Below are positions 63,161-64,000 of a stretch of 64,000 nt of DNA, in pieces. The notes under the pieces are model-generated. The model was not told where the DNA came from. It saw nothing but the letters and a program-made list of their open reading frames with translations, and did no database searches. Position numbers and translations under genes: made by a program. The stretch covers positions 68,450,001 to 68,514,000 of the forward strand of contig NC_086108.1 of the NCBI RefSeq assembly GCF_963921235.1, read 5' to 3'. Each line of letters begins with the position of its first letter. Within the stretch, counting starts at the first letter, position 1. Source of the stretch: Mobula hypostoma. Its lineage: Eukaryota.

Positions 63161-64000
63161 GCAGAGATGAATAGATTCTTGATTTGACACAGCATCAAAG
63201 GTTACAGAGAGAAGGCTGGGGAATCGGATTGAGGAGGGGATAAAAGGACCAGCCATGACTGAATGGCAGAGCAGACTTGATAGGCCAAATGGCATAAATC
63301 TACTCCTATGTCTTAAGGTCTTATAGTCTTATGTTTCAGTTTTTTTTAAAAAATGCTGCACATGTTTCTTTGGAAGGGGAAATATACATGCGAGTTTAAA
63401 AAAAAGGCAGAAAATGGACAAAATTCAAGGGTTCATGAACAGTACTGGGTGATAATGAAATTGAATTTGTGAAAAGCAGAAATGGCTGGATACATCGGAA
63501 AGATAAACACGTTCGATTGCACAACAGATAACTGGATGATGTATACTGAGCAAATAGAGCAATATTTTGAAGAAAATAAAATAGCCAATGAGAAACCAGT
63601 GCCAGTTTTGAATAGGTGGAAAAGCATGCAGTTTGTTTAGTTTTGTCTGCTCCAACCAAACCATCCAAAATGACCTTTACTAATATTTTGAATATAATGC
63701 AGAAGCATTTAGAACCAAAACCACTGTTAGATTTCATAAGTGGAATCAAAATGAAGGGAAGTCCATTACTACTTATATGGCTGACTTGAAGAAGTTATCT
63801 GAGCATTGTCTGTTCAGTGATGGGATTAATGATGCACTGAGAGATCTTTTAGTTTGTGGAATCTTACAAGAAAGCATTCAAAAAAGTCTCCTAACAGAAG
63901 CACAACTCACATTTAAAAGAGCAATTGACATCTCTGCATCAGCAGCTAGAGACACAAGTGATTTGCAGTCTGGAATGAAAGTGAGTGAGAACAAAATTGC

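Larger units (their letters stand above)
59008..63332 (+). mobile_element. Decayed long CR1 ORF2 (APE-RT) nested in the Gypsy leader and itself interrupted twice
   Basis: QSIRNKVDDL..TITESWL, MGDFN, PEDWKIANVTPLFKK, QKAFD, GFPQESVL; tail (GTCTTAT)n near 63310-63332. Confidence 0.88.
58712..64000 (+). mobile_element. Second Gypsy element of the same family: 5' LTR, PBS, leader split by a CR1, and gag running off the window end
   Basis: LTR ~58712-58932 is homologous to 779-1015; PBS TGGCAATGAGGA at 58934-58945. The leader resumes near 63333. Gag from ATG 63482 (MAGYIGKINTFDCTTDNWMMYTEQIEQYFEEN) is homologous to 54804. Confidence 0.8.

Overview
Vertebrate nuclear DNA. The repeat landscape (CR1, Penelope, Rex1 and HE1/V-SINE-like elements) suggests a cartilaginous fish, probably a ray; this is inference. 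The only intact host gene is the 3' half of ELAVL4/HuD on the + strand: a 226-nt RRM2/hinge exon (4630-4855), the 39-nt cassette exon (24476-24514), and the terminal RRM3 exon (25535-25862) with a long AU-rich 3'UTR. Most of the rest is mobile DNA. The most notable items are: (1) an intron-less RBM25 fragment fused to the pol tail, PPT and 3' LTR of a Gypsy element, suggesting gene capture by an LTR retrotransposon; (2) about ten Penelope terminal repeats carrying minimal type I hammerhead-ribozyme motifs, one with an intact core in sense orientation inside the ELAVL4 intron; (3) a Sleeping Beauty-like Tc1 rearranged into a foldback with two right ends; (4) a 4.9-kb DNA transposon with a Sola2-like DDD transposase but CACTG termini, inserted into a Gypsy LTR; (5) a decayed class III (ERV-L/S-like) endogenous retrovirus; (6) candidate cryptic or poison exons in ELAVL4. 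All assignments were made by eye from recalled motifs with no searches run, and the edges of old repeats are approximate.
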